Shown here piece after piece: positions 35,690 to 48,060 of a stretch of 64,000 nucleotides of DNA; position 1 is the first letter of the stretch, and each line of letters begins with the position of its first letter. The position numbers and the translations under genes were made by a program. The notes under the pieces are model-generated. The model was not told the DNA's origin. It ran no database searches and saw only the letters and a list, made by a program, of their open reading frames with translations. The stretch is taken from contig MU058221.1 of assembly GCA_013265495.1 (NCBI GenBank), forward strand, positions 2,356,001 through 2,420,000, given 5' to 3'. This DNA comes from Vicugna vicugna. Lineage: Eukaryota.

Positions 35690-35800
35690 TCTGTGGAACA
35701 CAGCCATGCTCAGTCAGCGGCAGAGTTGAGTCATTGCAAGAGAGAATGTAAAATATTTACTGTTTGACCTTTCACAGAAAGAGTCAGCTGATCCTTGGGA
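35690..35800 (+). mobile_element. MER58A fragment (hAT-Charlie)
   Basis: ggaacacagccatgc...ggcagagttgagtcattgc...aaaatatttactgtttgacctttcacagaaa. Confidence 0.7.
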
Positions 35801-35964
35801 CAGAGAGTAACGGGGCTGTAATTTGAGCAGGGCGGGTCTTCATTACTGTTGTCATCATTGGTATTTTTTATGTCTTCTAGCTGAGTAATCCCTGATAAGC
35901 ACTTAGCCCATCGTCTCATTTGGACTGGATCAACTTTAAAGACCATTCTCCTGCCAACCAGTCA

Positions 35965-37020
35965 CAACGGGATATGACCTCACCCCTCGCAGTATGACAG
36001 CAAAAAGACAAGAAATAACAAGTGTTGATGAGGGTGTGGGGAAAAGGGAGCCCTCACGCACTGTTGGTGGGACTGTAAACCGGTAACAGCCACTGTGGGA
36101 AACAGTATGGAGGTTCCTCAAAAAATTAAAAATAGAACTGCCATACAATCCAGGAATTCCATTTCTGGATATTAATGCAAAGAAGACAAAAACACGAATT
36201 ATAAATGATGCACCCTAGTGTTCATGGCAGCACTATTTACAATAGCCAAGATGGAGAAGCAAAGCAACCTAAGAACCCATTGATAGATGAATGGATAAAG
36301 ATGTATAGTGCAATAAAGAATATTCATTATATAATATAATGGAATATTACTCTGCCATTAAAAAGAATGAAGCCTACTGGGGAAGGTTTAGCTCAGTGGT
36401 AGAGCACATGCTTAGCACGCATGAGGTTCTGGGTTCAATCCTCAGTATCTCTGTTAAAAATGAATAAGTCTAATTACCTGCCCCCCTGCCAAAAATAATA
36501 AAATAATGCAATAATAAATCAATAAAAATTAAAAAATAAAATATTTTAAAATAAATAAATAATAGTAAAAAGAATAAAGCTTTGCCATTTGCAATGACAT
36601 AGATTCACTTAGATGCTAAGTGAAATAAATGAGACAGAGAAAGACAAATTACATATGATTTCACTTATATGTGGAATCTACAAAACAAATGAAAAAATGA
36701 AACAAAACGGAAATAGACTTGTACGGAGAAGTAACTGGCAATTATCAGAGAGAAGGGTGGAGGAATGGCCAAAAAGGTGAAGGGGATTAAGAGGTACAAA
36801 CTTCAGCTTATAAAATAAATAAATCACAGGGATGTAAAGTGGAACATCATAGTGAATACAGTCAAAAATATTGAAATGACTTTGTATGCGGACAGATGGT
36901 TCGCTAGACTTAACCATGGTGATCATTTTGAAATGTATAAACGTATCAAGTCACTATGTTGTACAACCTGAAACTAATATAATATTGCAAGTCAATTATA
37001 TATACTTCAATTATTATTTT
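35965..37020 (+). mobile_element. LINE-1 3' end (L1MA-like) carrying a nested SINE
   Basis: aataacaagtgttgatgagggtgtggggaaaagggagccctc...cagccactgtgggaaacagtatggaggttcctcaaaaaattaaaaatagaactgcc; 3' end cctgaaactaatataatattg. Confidence 0.9.
36378..36565 (+). mobile_element. tRNA-Ala-derived SINE (vic-1-like) inserted in L1
   Basis: ggggaaggtttagctcagtggtagagcacatgcttagc...gggttcaatcc; TSD taaaaagaatgaagc (36359-36373) / taaaaagaataaagc (36566-36580). Confidence 0.9.
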
Positions 37021-37074
37021 TAATTAAAAAATTGAATTTAGAAAACTTAAAATTTTTAAAAAGTGTAAAATAAA

Positions 37075-38345
37075 AAAGTATAAAAATTCCAGAAGATAAG
37101 GAAGGGTAGAAGAAAATATAAATGACCTTAGGTCTGGCGATGACATTTTAGATAAAACATCTAAAGGATGATCAATAAAATAATTTTAAGTTGGACCTAA
37201 TTAAAAGAAAAAACTTCTGATCTGTGAGAGATACTTTGAAAAGAATAAGACAAGCCACAGACTAGGGGAAAATATTTGCAAAAAGTACATTTCATAAAGG
37301 ACTGTTATCCTAAATACACAAAGAACTCTTAAAACTCAACACTAAGTAAACGAACAGATTCTTTTTAAAATGGGTCAAAAACTTGACACCTTACCAAAGA
37401 AAATTCACAAATGACCAATAAGTGTATGAAGATGTGTTCAACATCGTGTTATCCGGGAAATGCAAATGGAAAGAACAGTGAGATCCCACTGCACACCTAT
37501 TAAAATGACAAAAGTCTAAACCACTGACAGTGATGGTGGGAATGCAAAATTGTAAAGCCGTTTGGGAAGATAGTTTGACATCTCCTTACAAAAGTAAACA
37601 TACTTTACTTTCATGTTTCACGCTTTCACTGTGTGATCCAGCAGTCACGGTCCTTGGTATTTTCTCAAATAAGTTGAAAACTTATGCCCAACATAATAAC
37701 CTGTGCATGGATATTTATAGCAGCTTTCTTTACAATTGCCCCAAACTGGAAGCAACCAAAATATCCTTCAGTTGGCCCGTGGATAAATAAGCTATGGTAC
37801 TTCTGCATAATAGAATAATATTCAGTGCTAAAAATACATGCGCTATCAAGCCATAAAAAGACACGAAAGACTCTTAAATGCATTTACTCCATTTGCAATG
37901 TACATACTGAAAGAAGCTAATCTCCATACCGTATGATTCCAAATATATGACGTTCTGGAAAAGACAAAACTATGAAGACAGTAAAAGGATCAGTGGTTTG
38001 CAGGGGTTACGGAAGAAAGGGGGGAGTAGGCAGAGCACATAGAATTTTTAGGGCAGAGAAACTATTCTGTAAAACTATAAATGATGGCTACATGCCGTTC
38101 TATATTTGTTAATACTCACAGAATGTACAGCCCCAAGAGTGAATCCTATTCTAAGCTATGGAGTTTGGATAATAGTGATGTGTCAGAGTAGTTTACCCAC
38201 TGTAACAAATGTACCACTCCAGTGGACAATGGTGATACTAGGGGAACTAGGGGCAGGAAGGAGGCAGGCAGGCAGGCAGGAAGTTCACGGCAACTTTCCA
38301 CGTAAGTTTGATGTGAATATAAAAATGCTCTAAAAATAAAGTCTT
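37075..38345 (+). mobile_element. LINE-1 3' end (L1MC1-like)
   Basis: gacaagccacagactaggggaaaatatttgcaaa, gatccagcagtcacggtccttggtatt, ccgtatgattccaaatatatgacgttctggaaaagacaaaactatg; terminal aatgctctaaaaataaagtc. Confidence 0.85.
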
Positions 38346-38452
38346 TTTTTTTTGAAAAGTAAAAAAATAAATGACGAAGGCCATTCCTGCTTGATTTCGT
38401 GACTCTCTGAATGGTACAGTCAAGTGTCTCTCTGTCAGTTGCATTTGTTCAG

Positions 38453-38584
38453 GTACTCACAGCAAGGTTTGTATCCGACCCAGCTTCTCTCTGCCCCCGA
38501 CCCAGAGTCCTGTGCACCTCATTCCGTCATCAGATGGCGTGCGCCAATGACTTGTGTTAGTCTAAGGAAAACATAATTATGAAG
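38453..38584 (+). other. Candidate 132-nt internal (probably 5'UTR) exon of the host gene
   Basis: Acceptor tctctctgtcagttgcatttgttcag|G and strong donor AAG|GTAAGA in unique sequence; contains the short uORF MACANDLC* and ends with ATG AAG. Confidence 0.5.
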
Positions 38585-39270
38585 GTAAGACCCATACAAA
38601 ATAAGGTCATTTACTGAACCAAATATGAATGATACTCGGATCACCTATTGTTTGGGATTTTCTGCCTCAGTGCTCCCCCCATTGGAGAAGCTGGCTGTGC
38701 CTGGGGCTGGAGCAGTAGCTTCCACATGGGTTTGAGTAGGCTGCCTGGTGAAATAATTAGCCCGATGCCATCCATCCATCAGAGTCAGTCCCGTGCAGCT
38801 GTCACCCCCCAGTCCCGGGGTGTGCTTAACACAGACGTTGGAGCCTTTTCAGGCAGACTCCTGGAAGCATGTATCACATTTTATCCAAGAGGAAAAAAAA
38901 AATTAAAAGTCAGAGAATAGTTTTTTTTAAAACTCAGGGAACATATGAATTGCATGTGACAATATGGAGCTGTAGCTTTCAGCCTTTGGGGTGTCCGTCT
39001 GATTTTGTCCAAAATCTTCACACAGGAGTAAATATAGTTCAACAGCAGATGACTGATAAAATAATTAATGGCAAGCACAACTATTTTTTAAAAACGTGTT
39101 AATCACACTAGTATCGGCATACATTGTGAAAATAACAGTGCAGACATGCGGAGTTATCTTCATTCAGTAAACCGCGCTTGGTGCACGTAAGGATTTGGAT
39201 ACTCGCTTCTATAAATTACAGATTCCCCCAGGAGTGTGCAGCCCGTAGATTAGGAGTCATCCATCTGGAT

Positions 39271-39489
39271 CAGGAGCTGACAAACTACAGCTCGAGGGCC
39301 AAATCTGGCCCTCCGCCTGTTTTGGTAAATAAAGTTTTATTGAAACACAGCCACACTTGTCGTTGACTCACTATGTCTGCTTTCGCACTTGCAATGGCAG
39401 AGTTGAGTAGTTGTGTCAGAAACGACCTGTCACTCAACCCCAAAGCATTTGCTGTCTGGTTCATTTCTGAGAGAACATGCTGACCCTTG
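39271..39489 (+). mobile_element. MER58A, full length
   Basis: caggagctgacaaactacagctcgagggccaaatctggcc...aataaagttttattgaaacacagccac...gctgacccttg; degenerate 8-bp TSD atctggat / ctgtagat. Confidence 0.9.
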
Positions 39490-40740
39490 CTGTAGATGAC
39501 TGTTTTCCCAAGGACAAGGGTGGTTTGCAGGTATTTAAAGCCCAGTGTGTCGTAAACATTTAAGTAGTAGCTGATGAGAAATATGAAAATACGACAAAGC
39601 TATTTATGGGATTCTGGTGTATTAATTTTGGATATTGTGTCAAATTCTGGAATAACAGAGCTCAGGGATATTTTGCTATTTGTGCATATCATTCCTTCAC
39701 CTCTAAGGCCAGCCTTTTATTCAACCTACTTAAAGGAACTTTTATTTTTTTCGAGGAAACTCTCCAAGTGTTTATCACTGTTTTACTGTCTGCATCATGA
39801 GATGTTTTTGAGTGCTTTCTGACGGGCACTTGGTGAGGATCCAAGAGCTTAAGAATTTGAACACACAGAAAATACTCTCCTGTAAATGAGCTAAATTTAT
39901 GCTCTTCTGTTCCCCAGGCATATCTTCTCCTTGTTGCTAAGAGAAGATGGACAATATTTAGCAACGTAATTTATTTGAAAACCATTTCAGATCTACCCTC
40001 TTTTATACAATAGGAAATAGGTTCCTGAACGGGAAAGCCATGCTGATTTCAGGAAGTCAAATCCAGAGTTTTATCCAAATACATAAAAAAAAAAAAACCT
40101 GGGGCAAGTTTTTTGTTTGTTTGTTTGTTTGTTTTGATACTCATTTTCAAAAGATGAAAATGTAGCCTCAAATACATAGGTTTTGCTCGGTTTTATTTGC
40201 ATGAAGTCAATTTTCTTTCTTTATTGTAAGCTTTTTACACAGGCCTGTTTTCCAGCCCTGTGGCTATACCTCCTGTCCTTGTATTCAGCTGCCCGGAGAT
40301 GTCCTCCCACGCAGCTTGGACTTTGCACCGTTTTCCACCCAGAGTGTCGGTTTGTGTCCTCACCTCCGGAAGCGAAAGCTTGCAGGGGCACCGTGTAAGG
40401 GAGCTTTGTGGCTGACCCCCTGTGCTCCCGGGAACTGGCCCGTCTCAGAAGGCTGGCACCACTGGGAGTTGTGTTCACACGCTGGGAAATGGGCTTGTCC
40501 TTCCAGACCTGCCTGCAGAAGTGAGGTGGGGAGCGGCCGATGTGATGGGATCGGCGTTGGAGGCAGAAGCGGGCGTCCGGGGGCCGGTGATACTTACACA
40601 GGCGCTTTGTTAGAGAATGTAGTGTAAGAGCTGAGGCCTGACTCAGGCGCCATGCTTTGTGGGCTGCCAGTTTCAGTGCTGTTTCCGTTTCTGTCCAGGC
40701 CTCCCCGGCTGTGTGGGCCAGCCCTTGTTGGCCTGAGGAG

Positions 40741-41230
40741 CATTCATTCATCCCCTCGTTCATTCAGCAAATGAGTCATTGCGTTTGTGAGGTGTGGTCC
40801 TGTGTGCTGTGGGATATGATGTGAACTTGGGATAATTGGTTGAGACGGGGCAATCTACCCATCGAAGAAGACGTTATTTGCCTGACAGTTGAAAATATAG
40901 AGGGAGGCGGCAGTGAACTGCATCTTCTGAAGACTGAGCTGTCAAGGAACTGAGAATTGGGAAGTTTTTCAAGACCATTGTCTTCATTCCCTAATGGCTA
41001 GAACAGAAAATACTAAATTAACTGAACCAGTGAGAGCAAGATGGCAATCTTAAAACATGGTGGAGGGGGAGGGGAGCAGACAGAGACGGAAGTCAGCAAC
41101 CACGCATGAATAACACGGTGCAGCCTGAACCCTGGGAGAATGGACGCCTCACTGATGGGGTGCTCCACGGAGGAAGCTGTTCCAGGAGAGAGATCAGCGT
41201 GGGCAGAGCACAGCCATGTGAAAGGGCCGG
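40741..41230 (-). mobile_element. LINE-2 fragments
   Basis: cattcattcatccc...cattcagcaaatg...; tgttccaggagagagatcagcgtgggcagag. Confidence 0.45.
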
Positions 41231-41299
41231 GTTCTGGGGATGGATAATTGTTCCAGATAGTTGGGGAAAAAGACGAGGGTGATTATAACACTTAAGAAA

Positions 41300-41470
41300 A
41301 AGAAGTCTGGACCCTCACGGACCAGAGTTTAGATCCACTTTATTGCTGCAAGACTTCTCTGTACAAGTAACTTCATTTCTCGGTGCCTCTGTGTCTCCAT
41401 CCAATAGGAATATGAAATAGGATCTCCATCCACCTGAAGTAGTGGCTAACACATATTAAGCGCTCAATTT
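41300..41470 (+). mobile_element. MIR SINE
   Basis: acaagtaacttcatttctcggtgcctctgtgtctccatcc...acacatattaagcgctcaat. Confidence 0.55.
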
Positions 41471-41531
41471 GTATTTATGGTGATGACATTTGGACACGTT
41501 GTAAAAAAAAAAAAAGTCTCATGGTATAGAA

Positions 41532-41755
41532 CAGAGTTCAGTAAACGTTTTTCTGTAAAAGGCCAGAGAGTGACTGTTTCAGGTCGTGGGTTACTCACAG
41601 CCCCTGTGGCCACTGCCCCGCTCTGCTGTGAGAGCCTGAAAGCAGCCAGACTGTGCGTGAGCAAGTGGGTGTGGCTGTGTTCCAATAAAACTTTATTTAC
41701 AAACATGGATTATGGGCTGGGTTTGGTCTGTGAGCCCCAGTTTTACTGACCCCTG
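41532..41755 (-). mobile_element. MER58A, full length
   Basis: cagagttcagtaaacgtttttctgtaaaaggccagag...gtggctgtgttccaataaaactttatttacaaa...ctgacccctg; flanks gtatagaa / ttttagaa. Confidence 0.9.
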
Positions 41756-41986
41756 TTTTAGAATGTGGAGTTTGTTCTGGACTTTATGGGTTCGTGTGTG
41801 TTGCAAGATTGGGTGCGGGGGATTCGTTAACAAATCCTGCCGTAATTGCTAAGCTAGAGAGTGACCCAACTGGATTTCAGAATTGAGAAGAAAAGAAAGC
41901 TCTCGGGACAGAGTGGAGGAGCTTCCAAAGTGTGTGACTGTGTGTGATGTGTGTGTGTGTCTGTGTGTGTCTGTGTATAGTATGTG

Positions 41987-42472
41987 TGTTACTGAACGCA
42001 AGTTCATGCACTCGATGCACACTGAGGGCAAACAAACTGAAGTGTCTGAGTTTGGAGCAGAGAAAGCTTTATTTCAGTCTGAGCAAGGAGGATGGGGTGG
42101 CTTGTGCCCAAGAAAACCCCGAACTCCGAGAAGGGTTTCAGCAAAGCGTATTTAAAGACCAGGTAAGGGATGGGGTGGGGGGATCTCAGGGTATGTGATC
42201 AGCTCCTGCACAGTCTCTAATTGGCTGATGTTGAGGAAACAGGGCTGTCAAGACTATCAACCCCCCAGGCGCCAGAAGATCTCGGGGGCCACGTGCTCTT
42301 GCTGATCAAGTCGTTCATTTCTTCCATTTGCTGGTGGGTTTTAGCATCCGAACAACTCAGGAAATAGACACGAGATACTGTTATCTGGGTGCTTCAGAGG
42401 AGCTGCAGCAGAGGACGTGGGGGAGGGCTCTGTTCCGGGAAGGCCCCCCAGGGTCCTCCTGCTCATGGCACA
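41987..42472 (-). mobile_element. ERV1-class solo LTR (cetartiodactyl type)
   Basis: TG...CA termini: tgttactgaacgcaagttc...gagtttggagcagagaaagctttatt...gggtttcagcaaagcgtatttaaag...gggaaggccccccagggtcctcctgctc..ca; inserted next to a (TG)n tract. Confidence 0.85.
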
Positions 42473-43360
42473 TGTAATGTGTGTTAGTATTGCAAGAACT
42501 GAGATGACCCTAAAGGCTGCTGAAATAGTCGAGAGACTGAGAGCCTGGGATCAGCTAGGCACTGGAAGTAGAGAAGAGAGAACACTTAGATATTTTGGAT
42601 GACAGCTGGGCTTCTTCCTGAGTGGCTGAAAGGATAGCTGCCGGAGGAGCGGGCTCGGGGAAGATGCTGCCTTCGGCTGAGGACAGGGTGAGGCTGGTGG
42701 GCCTGTGAAGTAAGCTTTCTTGTAGGCATCTTGAGGTTCGGAAGAGACAAAGTCTGTAGACACAAGTGTGGAAAGCATTGGTAAATTACTAATCCGATTT
42801 CAGAGAGGAGATGGGAAGGCAATATTGTATGTGTGCAGACATATTTTAGCTCATGTATCCATGTATTAATGTTAAGATACCCAGACAGCCGTGGCAGTGC
42901 TGGCGACCGGGAGAAAGAAAATTTTAAATGTTGGTTCGAACCTATCAGCACCAAAACCTCTTCAGCAGCATTTTTCAAATGCAAGAATGTATTTCTGCTG
43001 TAAAGCTGTCAAGTTTTAGTTACAAGCTGTTTAATGGATTATCGGGAAGAATTTGGTCAAAGCTGAAGATTGCCAAGGAAGTATCTTTCTGTTGGACCCT
43101 CAGGCCGGGTTGAAGGGCCTTCTTTACATGAACAAGTGGAGAGAAGTGAATAGAAAACAAGGCACAGACGCTCAGATTGCACCTCTGTACACTAATGAAG
43201 GGCTTCCACAGAGTAGCAGTACTTGCCTTGCCCATGAAGGTACACATTTTGCATAAATACTGTTTGTATATGGGTGGTCCCACTGACACACCCACCTGGG
43301 ATTTCCCTTGGCTGTTTGTGAGTTCTCGTTTGGTGTTTTTTTCATCTAGTGTAGATGGCT

Positions 43361-43362
<2 letters not shown>

Positions 43363-43415
<53 letters not shown>

Positions 43416-43422
43416 ATGTGCG
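43363..43422. repeat. (TG)21(CG)4 microsatellite within 60 nt of strict pyrimidine-purine alternation
   Basis: Read directly: (tg)21 cgcgcgcg cacatgtgcg. Confidence 0.95.
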
Positions 43423-43849
43423 GGGTGTGTGTGCACACAATATGCCTCAGGAACTGATTCCAAAAATGACTTGCTGAAATGCACAGTTCTGGCCGAGCTG
43501 GCACGGATGTTGTGATGGAGGTAGATTTCTGCCGATTCATAGAGAGCTTCGCGCCCCCACCCCCTGTGGAGCCACAGCTCGCTTTCCCAGGCCAGTGGCT
43601 GGATGGACGTGAGGGTACCTTCTGGGGCCTCGGGAAACAGTGTCACTGTTCCACCGAGGGGACTGAGTAAGCAGTGTTCATCGTGTAGGTAGTCGCTCTC
43701 AGTCTTCCAAGAGGGAAGTTGAAAGTTAAGAGTTCAAATGAGACTTCAGCTCATAACCCCCTACTTCGCGGAGCTCGTAACCCAGTGGTCCGTGTGCTAC
43801 GGCAGTGTGTGTGTCTGCAGTCGTGCCTCTGACTGCGGAGAGAAGGACT

Positions 43850-44030
43850 AATTGCATTTACCACTACTTGCCTATCTTTACAGTGTCTAATCCTAGCCGT
43901 AACCCTCTCTGGTGGCTGGTGTTTTTATCTGCCGTCACTGTTGAGGAAAGATGAAACATAGAAAGGGTGTTACACAGCGTGTAAGTGGAAAGGCAAGCTA
44001 TAGACAGAAGTTACAGCCCAGACTCTTCAT
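43850..44030 (-). mobile_element. MIR SINE
   Basis: taatcctagccgtaaccctct...tttttatctgccgtc...tgaggaaagatgaaacatagaaagg...gtaagtggaaaggca. Confidence 0.5.
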
Positions 44031-44091
44031 CAGCGAGACAGGCTCCTCTCCCTCGTCCTTAGCATTTCCATGTCAGACAGGAATTTTCAGT

Positions 44092-44210
44092 GGGGAGGGT
44101 GTCGCTCAGTGGTAGACGGCGTGCTTGGCATGCACCAGCTCCTGGGTTCAATCCCCAGGACCAATAAATAAATAAAAATAACCCTAATTGCCTCCCCACA
44201 AAAAATAAAA
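44092..44210 (+). mobile_element. tRNA-Ala-derived SINE (vic-1-like)
   Basis: ggggagggtgtcgctcagtggtagacggcgtgcttggcatgcac...ctgggttcaatccccagg, then aataaataaataaaaataaccctaattgcctcccc. Confidence 0.9.
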
Positions 44211-47200
44211 GGAGTTTAAAATGGTTCCTTGTTTTGAGAATACACTGTTATAAAATTGGTATTCTTTTACTGACCAAATCCCAAATTCAGGAGCTTCCTT
44301 TTACCACTATCTTGAAATTGCATCATTGAAACTAAATGGAGGGGAAAAAAGTCACAGAGACAGAAGCCTTCTAGGGCGAAGCGTGGTTGAAACGGAGGAA
44401 GTCTAGGCTTTCTGAGATGATTTGCTTTGAAAGAAAGTTTCCCTTTCGAACTGCTCCTTCCGAACTCCGCCTTTCCGAACAGCAGAAAGTAGAAAGTGTA
44501 TGAATTGGCCTTGCATTTGCGCTTCCTTAACTTCCGTGAAGACATGATTTGTTTAGTTTAACAAGACCTTGACTGCAGGTGTCAGCACACCAGCATCGAC
44601 CGAAACTGGGTTCCTTGTGGTGAAATGCAAGCTGTGTGAGATTCGTGGAAAATGCAATTATGTTCTAATTTGCACAATGCCACTGGCTTTAATTAAAGTA
44701 GATCATATTTCAGTGAAGTGAATCCATGTCCTCTTTAACAAAGGAAGCAGAAAGCATGAGAAGGAAGTTCACCAGTTCTCCTTTGTGTAGTAACCCAGGG
44801 CGTGGTTGATCTTTAGCAGCTACCTAGGAAGGTAAAATCACCATCCCGAGCAGAGACCTGTGGGGCCCCTGCCAGGACAGCCTGGCTGCTAGCGGCCCCA
44901 GCAAAGCTTGATTCGAGGTCCCAGTGAGAGCATCTCTGTTCCTTACCTTTGTCCAGCTGATGGCCACCAGCCATCTCACCTACCTCTCCCACCGAGTGTG
45001 TCCACTTCCCTGGGTGTGTAAGGGCAAAGGCTGAGTCACACGTACACTCAGCAGAGTGCCTGAATTGTCATCAGATCACATGCTTTAGGTGGCAGGCCGC
45101 CTGAAATCTGAAAGCAGGCAGGTCCAGGCTCGTTCAGTGCTGCCATCGGCCACCCACACTTCTTCCAGCCTCAGTTCATGATGCCGGGAATTAGATTCTC
45201 GTCGCAGGAAGGATTGAGACAAGACGTGGAGGTTAACAGAGTACAGTGGGGATTCACTAAGGGGTGGACAGGACACGCTCAAGGGGAGGGTGGGCAGGCT
45301 AGAGGAGCGGCTGCCCTGAGTTTCTTTGGCAGGTTGGTCACAGAGGATGTAGAAGTAAGTGGGCAGAATATTCACTGGGGAGTGAGTGGTTTGCGGTCAT
45401 ATTCCCTGATTATCATCCCAGCTCCACCTTCCCAAAGGCAGGAGGGATTTTTGTCCTTGTTTCGTCTGGATCCGAATGTCCTGGCATCGGTGCAGGATGG
45501 GTACCTCTGATCTGCAGGGCTGATTTTATTGAAATGAGGGCATATTGAGCAAAAGGTCACATTTGGACACTGGAAACTCCTGCCTTTTCCCACCTGTCTT
45601 TGTCAGCCTCCAGGCACCTTGTCACCCCCAGATGTATGACCACTTACCAGCCCAGAGGTTCCCGCTTTCCTTTCTCTGCCCAGGGACCCCTGGTGTTGAC
45701 ATGACATGGGGTTTCCTGCCTCTGGCCCGTGCCCCTCCTTTTGCCCAGTTCCCACACTTTGGCCTGTGCCTCCCTTTCTCTGCTCATACCTAGCTGTCTG
45801 CTGCTCTGACATTCACAGGCTTGAGCTGTAGCTTTGGTTCCTCATGAAGGCAGAATGGCCAACCCTGTCTGACAAAAAGGAGCATCCCCCGCTCTGCATC
45901 CACCAGGGAGGAAGTCCTCTCCTAGAATCTCTGGCTGTCTCCCCCTACACGTCTCATTAGCCTGGACTGGGTTACATGCCTGCGACGTGGCAGAGGGGGG
46001 TGGTGGGGGAGACGAATAACCGGCAGGTTCTTCTACTGAAGAAAGCATCTCGGGGAAGAGGACGAGGTGGCTAGAGAATGGCTGTTGGAGAAGCTGACAC
46101 CCGGGTCTGCTGCCCCACTCAGGGCTCATCACTTGCTGAGATGTGTTCACGCAGGCGTGAAACTATTTGGAAAATGAACTTACAGGTCAAGATCACTGAT
46201 CCTGTTAGCTTTAGAAACAGATCTGTTAGCTGACATACATAAATAAGGCACACAAAGAACACACAACGTAACTGTATTTGTTCCTTTCAGGGGTTCCTTA
46301 AGCCTTTATATTTGCTGATACTCAATGTGAATTAATTCAGAATAATGTTTAAAAGAATTGGCGACAGGCAGACATCGGTAACTAAATTTGTATATGCTGT
46401 AAGGGGAGGAGGGGTTAAAACTTCAGTCGTGGGAATACCATGATGACAATTCTTAACGATATCTCCAGTGGACCATGCAAGACAGTGAATTTAAAATGCA
46501 ACAGTGGGTGCTAAACAAGGTTAGCATGTGGCAAAGGCTGACATGTTTTAATGTGCCAGAAGGAAATTAAAAGCCTCTGGCACTCTGTAAAACAGTAGCC
46601 TTTGGTTTTGACTGAAGTGCCCATTACCCACAAAGGGTTTAGTCAATCACGGTGCTGATAACACGGTGGGTCATTGCTAAGAGGCCCTGCGTTGGTGAGG
46701 AGGGCCATTCTTAATTTCACTCTCTTTCCTGAACCAGAGTTCCTCGATGCTTTTTAAATAGTCGTTTTAATTTGTCTGATAATGTTTTACTTCCCTTCCA
46801 CAACTAAACTGACTGATTACAGCCAGTTGACTTTCATTCATTAAGAGTTAAGAGCTTGGTTTAAGTCTGCTTGGCTAAGCGTTCATAAATAATTTCTGTA
46901 AATAATTTTCAGTATAAATTCTGTGAGTATGTGGGTGCAAGTCCACTGTTTTATTTCTGTTCTGAGAAATAAAATACTGTTTCTGGAGAGTAATCATCAG
47001 ATTTTCCTGACGTACCCTGCAGATCTCCTTTGGAATACCTGTGGGCTGACAAGGACGTAGATGAACAGAAACAGAGGGAACCTTAGCTCGCACTGGATCC
47101 TACTCTTTCTTGTTAGAACTGATGAAATTCAGACTCAGGGAGGATTTTAAATTTGTTCCAAGACTGAGAGTCACGTGGAGATTAGGCAGATGCCTTCTAA

Positions 47201-47929
47201 CCAGCCCTTTCTGATTATCTCCCATGCCTGGCATGAGGCTGTGGACGTGGCAGCCGCTCAGTGAACGTCTGCTGTCTGGGTGATGGGCTGTGTAAAGGTT
47301 TTTGTGTTTTCCTTCCTTGGGCTGCTGAGAAGTTATGGCCGTGATTCAGGGGTCAGACTGGTCTTGAATCTCCATGGCAAGTTGGACAATGTCCACCTCC
47401 TCACCAGTGACTCTGTATTTCAGGGCTTTTTTTTTTTTTAACTTTTTATTTTTCTGAGGTGCTCTAGAGGGCACATACCTAGACTTGTGTGTTGAATCAG
47501 GTTGTTTGTCACTGATTGCAGAAATGGTTGGTTCAGAAGTGGAGCCACTGGCCTTTGGTTTAATTGCCTTGGGACAGCCCTGTCCCACGTGCCTCAGCGA
47601 TGGGCATCTTGGATGAAACGAAGGCATCAGTGGAGAATGCAGTGGAGCCCGACGCCAGCTCTGGGTCCTCTCCACGTGGCCCAGCGTGGCTAACGAGGGC
47701 GTCTGCTCGCTGGGGCACCTGGACATCCAGAAGGTGTGGCTTAAATTTACAGAAAACGCCGGGGAAAATCATTTCGGAGTTCTCACTTGGTTTAAACATG
47801 GAGCTCTGCTTCAAGACCTACTCTGAGGCAGTATTCATCTCCTACGTGAGAACAGCATTCTCCCCGAAGGCAAACCATTGGACACAGCGCCCGAGGTCAA
47901 AAGACTTCAGTGAGTGTGTAAGTTCCACA

Positions 47930-48060
47930 CCTTGTTAGTTATGTGCCCTTGAACAAGCCACATACCTTCTCTGTGCCTCAACTTACTAGTACGTATAGCG
48001 AAAATAATCATCGTTATTAATTCCACATGGTTTTTGAGGAGTGCGGTAATACAGGTGACG
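47930..48060 (+). mobile_element. MIR SINE
   Basis: ttagttatgtgcccttgaacaagccacataccttctctgtgcctcaactt...catggtttttgagga. Confidence 0.6.

Noticed and set aside
43020..43646. 208-aa minus-strand ORF
   Set aside because: Its length is partly due to the (CA)n microsatellite (THTHTH...), and it has no recognisable domain.
47798..47915. Possible coding first exon MELCFKTYSEAVF... ending near a gtgagt donor
   Set aside because: I do not recognise the peptide, the exonic side of the donor is weak, it abuts a MIR, and there is no independent support.
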